Shown here: in pieces, positions 1 to 5,419 of the stretch
How positions within the stretch are numbered: position 1 is the first letter of the stretch
How the letters are laid out: each line of letters starts with the position of its first letter
Notes under the pieces: model-generated
Seen by the model: the letters and a program-made list of their open reading frames with translations, nothing else
What the model was told of the DNA's origin: nothing
The model's database searches: none
Source of the DNA: a virus
Taxonomy: Duplodnaviria > Heunggongvirae > Uroviricota > Caudoviricetes
Reading direction: 5' to 3' (one strand)
IMG/VR virus record: IMGVR_UViG_2526164690_000027
Location: 1 to 7,515 of that record
DNA: 7,515 nt
Made by a program: the position numbers and the translations under genes

Positions 1-1
1 A

Positions 2-1591
2 TACGATGCTCCGGATCCGCGCATTAAACAGCTGGCGCGCCGCAGTACAGTGACGCCGGGCGGGGCTGCCTGCAGATATAACGATATTATTCCGGCTGAC
101 CACTGTCTGCATGATGTGCAGGATATGAGTACGCTGAATCATCCGAAGGCAGACCTGAGCAAAGGGCAGTACGGCTGTGTCGGCCAGGGCTTACATATTG
201 CCAAAAAACTGCTTCCGTATATCCCGAATAACGCGGGGATCCTGCTGGTACCATGCTGTCGTGGTGGTTCTGCATTCACCCAGGGCGCTGAGGGGACATT
301 CAGTGCGGACACGGGGGCTAGCCATGATTCGGCACGCTGGGGTGTGGGTAAACCGTTATATCAGGACCTGATTGCGCGCACCAAAGCTGCATTACAGAAG
401 AACCCGAAAAATGTGTTGCTGGCGGTGTGCTGGATGCAGGGAGAGTTTGACATGAGCGCCGCCACCCACGCACAGCAACCTGCGCTGTTTACAGCCATGC
501 TGACACAGTTTCGTGCTGACCTCTCCGTGTTTAACGCGCAGTGCCATGGTGGCAGTGCTGCAGATGTGCCGTGGATTTGTGGTGACACGACGTATTACTG
601 GAAAAATACATACGCTACCCAGTACGACACCGTGTACGGCGGGTATAAAAACAGGGAGAGTGAGGGCGTTTATTTTGTGCCCTTCATGACAGACGGTAAC
701 GGTGTCAATACCGCCACTAACGCGCCGGCAGAAGATCCGGATATTCCGGCATCAGGATATTACGGTGCGGCATCGAGAACGAATGGAAACCAGGTATCAT
801 CAAACCGCCCGACACATTTCAGTTCATGGGCGCGCAGGAGCATTATTCCGGATCGTCTGGCAACCGCTATTCTGAACGCAGCCGGGCGCACCTCAGCCTT
901 CATCAGTGGTAAGGCACCGGAAATCAAACCCTCGCCCGGCGGCAACACGCCATCGGGTCCGTCTGCAGATACGTCCGTTCGCACAATCTCCCTGCTGCCG
1001 GCAGCCGGAGAGGCTGCTGCGCAGGGCTGGAGCATTAAGGATGGCGGAATTCAGTTGTCGGGTGGTGTATTTAAGATCGCCAAGCAGAGCAATAAAACCT
1101 GGTCCCTGACGCATCCGGTGGATGACGCAATTACCCTGCTGACACAGGGCGGCAGACTGACCTGTAAGTTCCGCCTGTCAGGCGCACTGACCAACAATCA
1201 GTTCGGGCTGGGGATTTATCTGTATACGGATGCTCCCGTTCCTGATGGTGTGGCGATGACGGGTACCGGTAATCCGTTCCTGATGTCGTACTTCACTCAG
1301 ACCACTGACGGCAGAGTGAATCTGATGCATCACAGGAAAGCCGGAAACACGAAGCTGGGGGAGTTCGGCGATTACGGTAACGACTGGCAGACGCTGGAGC
1401 TGGTGTTCACCGCCGGCAGTGCCACGGTTACTCCGAAACTGAATGGAGTGGCTGGCCCGGCATTCCAGGTTATAAAAGACAGTCTGACACTGGGACTGAA
1501 TGCGCTGACGCTGACGGATGTTACAAAAAATGCAGCGTATGGCGTTGAGATAGAAAGTCTGGTGCTGGAGATAAATGCACCGGCAGCATAA
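2..1591 (+). CDS. 5'-truncated phage moron esterase, SASA/SGNH-like (NanS-p-like putative sialate O-acetylesterase) with a C-terminal beta-rich domain
   Basis: Frame is open from position 2 to TAA at 1589-1591 with no in-window upstream stop; the GTG at 50 is only the first in-window start, so the gene continues upstream. Translation contains ...VPCCRGGSAF... and ...CWMQGEFD..., resembling the GG and W-x-QGE-x-D blocks of sialate O-acetylesterase (SASA) domains. A Gly/Thr/Asn-rich C-terminal domain follows. Position directly upstream of the holin matches where NanS-p-type esterases sit in EHEC prophages. Functional call is inference from memory. Confidence 0.55.
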   Translation, partial: YDAPDPRIKQLARRSTVTPGGAACRYNDIIPADHCLHDVQDMSTLNHPKADLSKGQYGCVGQGLHIAKKLLPYIPNNAGILLVPCCRGGSAFTQGAEGTFSADTGASHDSARWGVGKPLYQDLIARTKAALQKNPKNVLLAVCWMQGEFDMSAATHAQQPALFTAMLTQFRADLSVFNAQCHGGSAADVPWICGDTTYYWKNTYATQYDTVYGGYKNRESEGVYFVPFMTDGNGVNTATNAPAEDPDIPASGYYGAASRTNGNQVSSNRPTHFSSWARRSIIPDRLATAILNAAGRTSAFISGKAPEIKPSPGGNTPSGPSADTSVRTISLLPAAGEAAAQGWSIKDGGIQLSGGVFKIAKQSNKTWSLTHPVDDAITLLTQGGRLTCKFRLSGALTNNQFGLGIYLYTDAPVPDGVAMTGTGNPFLMSYFTQTTDGRVNLMHHRKAGNTKLGEFGDYGNDWQTLELVFTAGSATVTPKLNGVAGPAFQVIKDSLTLGLNALTLTDVTKNAAYGVEIESLVLEINAPAA

Positions 1592-1599
1592 TAAAAAAA

Positions 1600-1633
1600 G
1601 AGCCAGCGACTGACCTGAAAGAAGACGCTGGCT
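1600..1633. repeat. Stem-loop element copy 1 (8-bp stem AGCCAGCG / CGCTGGCT, 17-nt loop), A-tract on 5' side
   Basis: AGCCAGCG at 1601-1608 is the exact reverse complement of CGCTGGCT at 1626-1633. Preceded by AAAAAAAG, so on the minus strand the hairpin is followed by a T-run. Lies 9 bp after the esterase stop. Confidence 0.3.
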
Positions 1634-1747
1634 AAAAGGCCTTATATGTTTGTAGAGACTTATTTTTCACAGACAGCAATGATGCCTGTCAATATATTAT
1701 CAATATGCGGATTGTTTCAGTTACAGATGCTTTATTAAGGAAAAAAC

Positions 1748-1782
1748 AGCCAGCACTGACTTTCGGTGGAGAGGTGCTGGCT
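1748..1782. repeat. Stem-loop element copy 2 (9-bp stem AGCCAGCAC / GTGCTGGCT, 17-nt loop), paralogous to copy 1
   Basis: AGCCAGCAC at 1748-1756 pairs with GTGCTGGCT at 1774-1782. Same arm core (AGCCAGC...GCTGGCT) and ACTGAC at the start of the loop as copy 1. Preceded by GGAAAAAAC. Confidence 0.3.
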
Positions 1783-1956
1783 CAGAAGGATAGTTGGATT
1801 TCACATGATACTTATGCCTGGCGGTATATTTTCTGACAGACAGTGACGGGTGTTGTCAAGATATTGTGTCATTTATAACCTGAATCAGGGGAGGCCGGAA
1901 TGTTATCTGGCATTTTTAGCAGAGCCTGAATGCCATAATCACGGCTCCCGGCGTTG

Positions 1957-1995
1957 GCCGTCAGTGGGTGACACTGGCGGCTTTTTTGTTTTTCT
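1957..1995 (+). terminator. Rho-independent terminator immediately upstream of the holin (tR'-like position)
   Basis: GC-rich 10-bp stem: GCCGTCAGTG at 1957-1966 pairs with CACTGGCGGC at 1972-1981 (one G.U pair), 5-nt loop GGTGA, followed by TTTTTTGTTTTTCTTT at 1982-1997. Holin start codon is ~40 bp downstream. Confidence 0.6.
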
Positions 1996-2037
1996 TTACT
2001 TTCATTTTCTGTCGGCGGTGACGGAGACATACATCAG

Positions 2038-2244
2038 ATGGAAAAAATCACAACAGGTGTGTCATACACCACGTCAGCGGTGGGGACGGGATACTGGTTA
2101 CTGCAGCTGCTGGACAAAGTCTCTCCGTCCCAGTGGGTGGCAATAGGTGTGCTGGGAAGTCTGCTGTTTGGCCTGCTGACGTATCTGACTAACCTGTATT
2201 TCAAAATCAGAGAGGACCGTCGTAAGGTGGCGCGGGGAGAGTAG
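2038..2244 (+). CDS. S: Class II holin / pinholin (phage 21 S21-like)
   Basis: 68-aa ORF with two predicted TM segments: weakly hydrophobic TMD1 [15 protein letters not shown] and TMD2 [18 protein letters not shown]. Charged C-terminus [13 protein letters not shown]. Strong resemblance to the S21 pinholin from memory. Located after a terminator and paired with a SAR endolysin. Confidence 0.85.
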   Translation: MEKITTGVSYTTSAVGTGYWLLQLLDKVSPSQWVAIGVLGSLLFGLLTYLTNLYFKIREDRRKVARGE

Positions 2245-2499
2245 TCGATGAATAAACAATACGAACTGGTTGTAAAATGAATATTTCTAACTGAAAAAAC
2301 GTTCCATGAGGTAAGAAAAGGTCACAGGCAATCAATAACAGGACGTGATGAAAGACCCTTGCATTTGTGCGCTTTCTCTTTAGATAGCAGCAGATACTGA
2401 AAATCTGAGTTGTCGGGGAGTCAGGGATACAGCTGTGCAAGAGTTGGTCATTGTGATTCCATTGAAATCCTGTATGCCATGAAGGGCAGGATTTTATGG

Positions 2500-2814
2500 C
2501 TACCTGAGCTTTGGTGATAGTAAGTTGAAAATTCGCATTTTTTGCTGACATGCGTAACGAGAATCCCATAAACAGGGAGGACTTAATTCTTCATTAACCC
2601 ATGCGTTGATATTATGTTTCAGCCGTTGAAGCATCAGCGGTGTTAATGTTGTGGTAATAATATCCAGCGTTTTATGTGAGATCTTACCGTAAGGGTCTGC
2701 AAGAATGCTGCTTGTTGCTTCGTTATTATCTGCCATCAGAAGAAGTAACTCTGATTTAACGTTTTCTGTCATTAGTTGTAAAAATCTTCTGCGCAAACTT
2801 TCTTTACTGTTCAT
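2500..2814 (-). CDS. Hypothetical 104-aa protein encoded antisense to the lysis genes within an AT-rich insert (possibly YdfR/DUF1327-like by position; unverified)
   Basis: A 104-codon open frame on the minus strand inside a visibly AT-rich segment, where stop codons should be frequent, so chance ORFs of this length are unlikely. Hydrophilic, helix-like composition. Start ATG (plus 2812-2814) has only a weak SD-like GAAG upstream and an in-frame TAA immediately 5', so the start cannot extend further. In E. coli K-12 Qin, ydfR occupies the equivalent holin-endolysin slot (recalled, not checked). Confidence 0.4.
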   Translation of the reverse strand: MNSKESLRRRFLQLMTENVKSELLLLMADNNEATSSILADPYGKISHKTLDIITTTLTPLMLQRLKHNINAWVNEELSPPCLWDSRYACQQKMRIFNLLSPKLR

Positions 2815-2931
2815 TTATATGGCTTCATTTGTTGTAATCTGCTGCGTCTCAAGGGATATGTTTATGAGAGCGACCATGAGTGTTTGATTATATACCTAAC
2901 ATATCAAGGGATTAGAAATCGATAAATCCCC

Positions 2932-3465
2932 ATGAACGAAAAAATAAAATACGGCCTGTCGGCTGCCGTTCTGGCGCTGATTGGTGCAGGTGCTTCTGCG
3001 CCTGAAATCCTCGACCAGTTTCTGGATGAAAAGGAAGGTAACCACACCACGGCATACCGTGATGGTGCGGGGATCTGGACCATCTGCCGTGGTGCCATTC
3101 TGGTGGATGGTAAGCCTGTTATTCCTGGCATGAAGCTGTCAAAGGAAAAATGCGACCGGGTTAATGCCATCGAACGTGACAAGGCGCTGGCATGGGTGGA
3201 GAAAAACATCCGGGTGCCGCTGACCGAACCCCAGAAAGCGGGGATCGCGTCATTCTGTCCGTACAACATTGGCCCCGGTAAGTGCTTCCCGTCGACGTTT
3301 TATAAACGAATTAATGCAGGCGATCGAAAAGGTGCCTGTGAGGCGATTCGCTGGTGGATTAAGGACGGTGGCAGAGACTGCCGTATTCGTTCAAACAACT
3401 GCTACGGTCAGGTATCCCGTCGTGACCAGGAGAGCGCGCTGGCGTGCTGGGGTATCGACAGATAA
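2932..3465 (+). CDS. R: SAR endolysin, T4-lysozyme-like muramidase (GH24), phage 21 R21 / P1 Lyz type
   Basis: 177-aa ORF. N-terminal Gly/Ala-rich signal-anchor-release segment YGLSAAVLALIGAGASAP. Catalytic E-x8-D-x5-T triad in EGNHTTAYRDGAGIWT. Downstream blocks (...INAGDRKGACEAIRWW..., ...ESALACWG) match the R21 family from memory. No convincing SD upstream of the ATG. Confidence 0.9.
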   Translation: MNEKIKYGLSAAVLALIGAGASAPEILDQFLDEKEGNHTTAYRDGAGIWTICRGAILVDGKPVIPGMKLSKEKCDRVNAIERDKALAWVEKNIRVPLTEPQKAGIASFCPYNIGPGKCFPSTFYKRINAGDRKGACEAIRWWIKDGGRDCRIRSNNCYGQVSRRDQESALACWGIDR

Positions 3466-3559
3466 GCAGAATATTTTGCTGAAAAATAAGGCATGGCCAC
3501 GCGGGCGGATAACATGAAATCCTGCGAACTGGCAAAATGTAAGTGAATAAAAGTAAAAA

Positions 3560-3594
3560 CCCCGTTTGTTGGCAGCAAGCGGGGTTTTGTTTTT
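3560..3594 (+). terminator. Rho-independent terminator downstream of the endolysin
   Basis: CCCCGTTTG at 3560-3568 pairs with CAAGCGGGG at 3576-3584 (9 bp, one G.U pair), 7-nt loop, followed by TTTTGTTTTT at 3585-3594. An A-tract (3555-3559) on the 5' side makes it potentially bidirectional. Confidence 0.55.
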
Positions 3595-3659
3595 ATGGCA
3601 GTAAGCTATGGGAGGCTGCCTTGATTGATTTTAGCAAACTGATTAGGGAGTTGCGACTC

Positions 3660-3755
3660 ATGATTAGTCAATTACCAAACTGGAAATTTTTGCTGGTCTG
3701 GAGCATCCCTTTTTTATGGGTAGTATCCCAGTTAATTGTGGCAATTAAGGGGTAG
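3660..3755 (+). CDS. Small hydrophobic protein, 31 aa (MISQLPNWKFLLVWSIPFLWVVSQLIVAIKG), single predicted TM helix
   Basis: ATG at 3660 is preceded by SD AGGGAG (3645-3650) with a 9-nt spacer. Stop TAG at 3753-3755 lies 2 nt before the next ORF start. This is the 3' part of track ORF 3543..3755, whose 5' part overlaps the terminator hairpin. Confidence 0.35.
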   Translation: MISQLPNWKFLLVWSIPFLWVVSQLIVAIKG

Positions 3756-3757
3756 CT

Positions 3758-3889
3758 ATGTCAGACAAACTCATAACGCCGGCAAAGGTCCTGTGTGTGA
3801 TTGTCGGTATTTCATTTTCACTAATGCTGGTTGCTCTTTTTCTGTCCCTCGCCTGGGTGATGTTGTCTTCGTCGGGGCTGCTGGGGTGA
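3758..3889 (+). CDS. Small membrane protein, 43 aa (MSDKLITPAKVLCVIVGISFSLMLVALFLSLAWVMLSSSGLLG)
   Basis: ATG at 3758 is preceded by SD AAGGGG (3747-3752) with a 5-nt spacer. Below the ORF-track length cut-off. One long hydrophobic segment. The N-terminal TM segment resembles the Rz TM segment at both protein (KVLCVIV vs RVLCVVIIV) and nucleotide level. Confidence 0.4.
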   Translation: MSDKLITPAKVLCVIVGISFSLMLVALFLSLAWVMLSSSGLLG

Positions 3890-3891
3890 CA

Positions 3892-4008
3892 GTGACTGAT
3901 GACATCAGCAGAGCGCTGGCTTTTGCTATTAAGTGGGTGGCTGTTGGTATTGCTGTGTCTCCGATGCTGTATGGGCTGGCAAAACTGGTCATTGCGCTGA
4001 AATCGTGA
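3892..4008 (+). CDS. Small hydrophobic protein, ~38-40 aa (..TDDISRALAFAIKWVAVGIAVSPMLYGLAKLVIALKS); start ambiguous (GTG 3886 overlapping the upstream stop as GTGA, or GTG 3892)
   Basis: Frame matches the 3' part of track ORF 3736..4008. GGGG at 3882-3885 can serve as SD for GTG 3892. Paralogous to the next small ORF (shared motif RA[LM]AFAI[KR]xVA). Confidence 0.3.
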   Translation: MTDDISRALAFAIKWVAVGIAVSPMLYGLAKLVIALKS

Positions 4009-4019
4009 ACTTTAAAAAG

Positions 4020-4106
4020 ATGAGTGCTGAACTTATTCGGGCAATGGCATTTGCCATTCGTATTGTGGCCATTGCTGTTCTGGTCTGGGCAATCCGTTGG
4101 TGGTGA
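4020..4106 (+). CDS. Small hydrophobic protein, 28 aa ([28 protein letters not shown]), paralog of the preceding small ORF
   Basis: ATG at 4020; stop TGA at 4104-4106 lies 1 nt before the Rz ATG at 4108. No clear SD. About 9/20 identical plus conservative residues against ORF 3892-4008 over the core. Confidence 0.3.
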   Translation: MSAELIRAMAFAIRIVAIAVLVWAIRWW

Positions 4107-4107
4107 T

Positions 4108-4602
4108 ATGAACCGTGTTCTGTGTGTGGTGATTATTGTCCTGCTGGTAGCCTGTGGTGTGCTTAGTCTGGGGCTGAATCATTACCGCGATAACGCCATC
4201 ACCTACAAAGCGCAGCGCGATAAAAAAGCCAGAGAGCTGGAGCTGGCAAACGCAACTATTACTGATATGCAGGTGCGCCAGCGCGATGTTGCTGCGCTCG
4301 ATGCAAAATACTCGAGGGAATTAGCCGATGCGAGAGCTGAAAATGAAACTCTGCGCGCTGATGTTGCCGCTGGTCGTAAGCGCCTGCGGATCAACGCCAC
4401 CTGCCCCGGTACCGTGCGTGAAGCCACCGGCACCTCCGGCGTGGATAATGCAACCGGCCCCCGACTGGCAGACACCGCTGAACGGGATTATTTCATCCTC
4501 AGAGAACGGTTGATGACAATGCAGAAGCAGGTGGAAGGGGCACAGGACTATATCCGCACTCAGTGTACTAAGCAGGCTTTTTATTATCCGGAGGATGTAT
4601 GA
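4108..4602 (+). CDS. Rz: Rz i-spanin (inner-membrane spanin subunit)
   Basis: Translation from ATG 4108 ([39 protein letters not shown]...[23 protein letters not shown]...) aligns closely with lambda Rz from memory: N-terminal TMD, coiled-coil periplasmic domain. The in-frame upstream ATG at 4024 would add a non-homologous 28-aa extension that overlaps the small ORF, so it is rejected. Confidence 0.9.
   Translation: MNRVLCVVIIVLLVACGVLSLGLNHYRDNAITYKAQRDKKARELELANATITDMQVRQRDVAALDAKYSRELADARAENETLRADVAAGRKRLRINATCPGTVREATGTSGVDNATGPRLADTAERDYFILRERLMTMQKQVEGAQDYIRTQCTKQAFYYPEDV
4328..4513 (+). CDS. Rz1: Rz1 o-spanin (outer-membrane lipoprotein spanin subunit), embedded in +1 frame within Rz
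   Basis: 61-aa [64 protein letters not shown]. Lipobox VSAC, proline-rich mature part. Close match to lambda Rz1 from memory. SD GAGGGA at 4314-4319. Confidence 0.85.
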   Translation: MRELKMKLCALMLPLVVSACGSTPPAPVPCVKPPAPPAWIMQPAPDWQTPLNGIISSSENG

Positions 4603-4823
4603 AGAAATTACAGGTAACGGTAAAACCTTTTCAGGGAACAATTCCGTTCCGTGTTTTGCAACATGGCCGTGTTCTGCTTGAAGAGGTGTTCAGAGGTAAA
4701 TGCACTGAATGTTATTCACGAACATATGAAGTGAATGCCACGCATGAAGAATTCACCGTTGAGTGTGTGATGAATACTGATAAATGCCGAATGGTATCCG
4801 CTGAATTACAGCCAGTGTGTTGA
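4599..4823 (+). CDS. Hypothetical 74-aa Cys-rich protein (CxxC plus three further Cys), translationally coupled to Rz
   Basis: ATG at 4599 overlaps the Rz stop (ATGA). GGAGGA at 4590-4595 is directly upstream (short spacer). Five Cys including C-T-E-C. No recognisable homology from memory. Confidence 0.5.
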   Translation: MKKLQVTVKPFQGTIPFRVLQHGRVLLEEVFRGKCTECYSRTYEVNATHEEFTVECVMNTDKCRMVSAELQPVC

Positions 4824-5191
4824 GCGACCTTATTATCCATGCGCGGTATTGTCGCCGTATTCCTGCATTAACAGAGACCGCAGCCCGACAGGGAGACTCC
4901 TCTGCGAGAGTGTGCGGGGATAATCAAAAACGATACACACCGGGGTTTACCGCGTAAACGGAGCGCGGCGTTCTCCCCTCATGGTCGCCCGTCCGGTGCG
5001 ATGGTGGAAGAAACTGGAATCTGTTCAATAAAAAAACTGCCGTGTTGGAGTCACAGCAGTAATGTACTGATTGGGTAGAAGATTATTATTGTTATGCTTT
5101 ATTTTTATTCTATATGGCTGATTATTTCAATTCGGAATTAATACAGCTAATGTCTGTGAGTTTTTATAAATTCAGCAATATAAAGAAATAG

Positions 5192-5419
5192 TTATATGAA
5201 CAGCCATCGCAGAGCATACTGTGTATCATTCTTTTTTATAGTCAACTGACGGGCATATTTTATGTCTGCTGCCAGCTCCCGGCGGCAAGATTCAATGACC
5301 CACGCAGAAAAATTTTCTGAACCTTTCTGGTCAAGAGCGATGTTAATTTGTTCAATCATCTGGTTTGGAAATCGGATGTTGCGGGTTGTTGTTCTGCGGG
5401 GCCGGTTTTTCGATGACAT
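5192..5419 (-). CDS. Small DNA-binding-like protein, YlcI-like (DUF3950 / ribbon-helix-helix-like), 75 aa, divergent from the HNH gene
   Basis: Minus-strand ORF with SD-like AGAGGA ~7 nt upstream of the ATG (plus 5417-5419). N-terminal basic stretch then RNIRFPNQMIEQINIALDQKG...FSAWVIESCRREL, recalled as the YlcI-type small protein found next to terminase genes in E. coli cryptic prophages. Family assignment is from memory. Confidence 0.55.
   Translation of the reverse strand: MSSKNRPRRTTTRNIRFPNQMIEQINIALDQKGSENFSAWVIESCRRELAADIKYARQLTIKKNDTQYALRWLFI

Noticed and set aside
87-1114. Track ORFs 87..275(-), 177..371(+), 361..588(-), 760..1035(-), 893..1114(-), 906..1109(+) inside the esterase gene
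   Set aside because: All lie within or antisense to the long, protein-like esterase frame and have low-complexity Arg/Cys/Pro-rich translations typical of off-frame GC-rich coding DNA.
1853-1879. Sigma70-like -35/-10 pair TTGTCA / TATAAC
   Set aside because: The spacer is only 15 bp and the -10 is a poor match, so it is not annotated as a promoter feature; mentioned only within the terminator finding.
1850-2146. 98-aa + ORF spanning the terminator and holin start in another frame
   Set aside because: Runs straight through the terminator hairpin and overlaps the well-supported holin out of frame; Cys/Trp-rich translation.
2207-2569. 120-aa minus-strand ORF overlapping the holin 3' end
   Set aside because: The sequence upstream of its start is anti-SD-like (CCUCC), the translation is Cys/His/Trp-rich, and it overlaps both the holin and the better 104-aa ORF. 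Kept only as a possibility.
2705-2887. 60-aa + ORF within the AT-rich island
   Set aside because: Fully overlapped by the longer antisense 104-aa ORF and only a weak SD; it cannot be excluded, but the longer open frame in AT-rich DNA is the more parsimonious gene.
3269-3517. 82-aa + ORF overlapping the endolysin 3' half
   Set aside because: Alternate frame of the endolysin gene; Arg-rich translation with no start context.
3543-3755. 70-aa + ORF as listed in the track
   Set aside because: Its first ~39 codons cover the terminator hairpin and U-tract; only the 3' part from the SD-preceded ATG at 3660 is retained as a candidate gene.
3771-3992. 73-aa minus-strand ORF antisense to the small-ORF cluster
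   Set aside because: No SD, Pro/Ser/Thr-rich low-complexity translation, antisense to coupled plus-strand ORFs.
3736-4008. 90-aa + ORF as listed in the track
   Set aside because: The 5' two-thirds overlaps, out of frame, the SD-supported 43-aa ORF; only the 3' part (from GTG 3886/3892) is retained.
4024-4107. Extended Rz start at ATG 4024 (192-aa version)
   Set aside because: The extra 28 residues have no counterpart in lambda Rz and overlap the small ORF 4020-4106; homology begins exactly at the ATG at 4108.
4203-4641. Minus-strand ORFs 4203..4475 and 4321..4641 inside Rz/Rz1
   Set aside because: Antisense to two overlapping, well-supported genes; Ala/Ser/Arg-rich translations typical of antisense frames.
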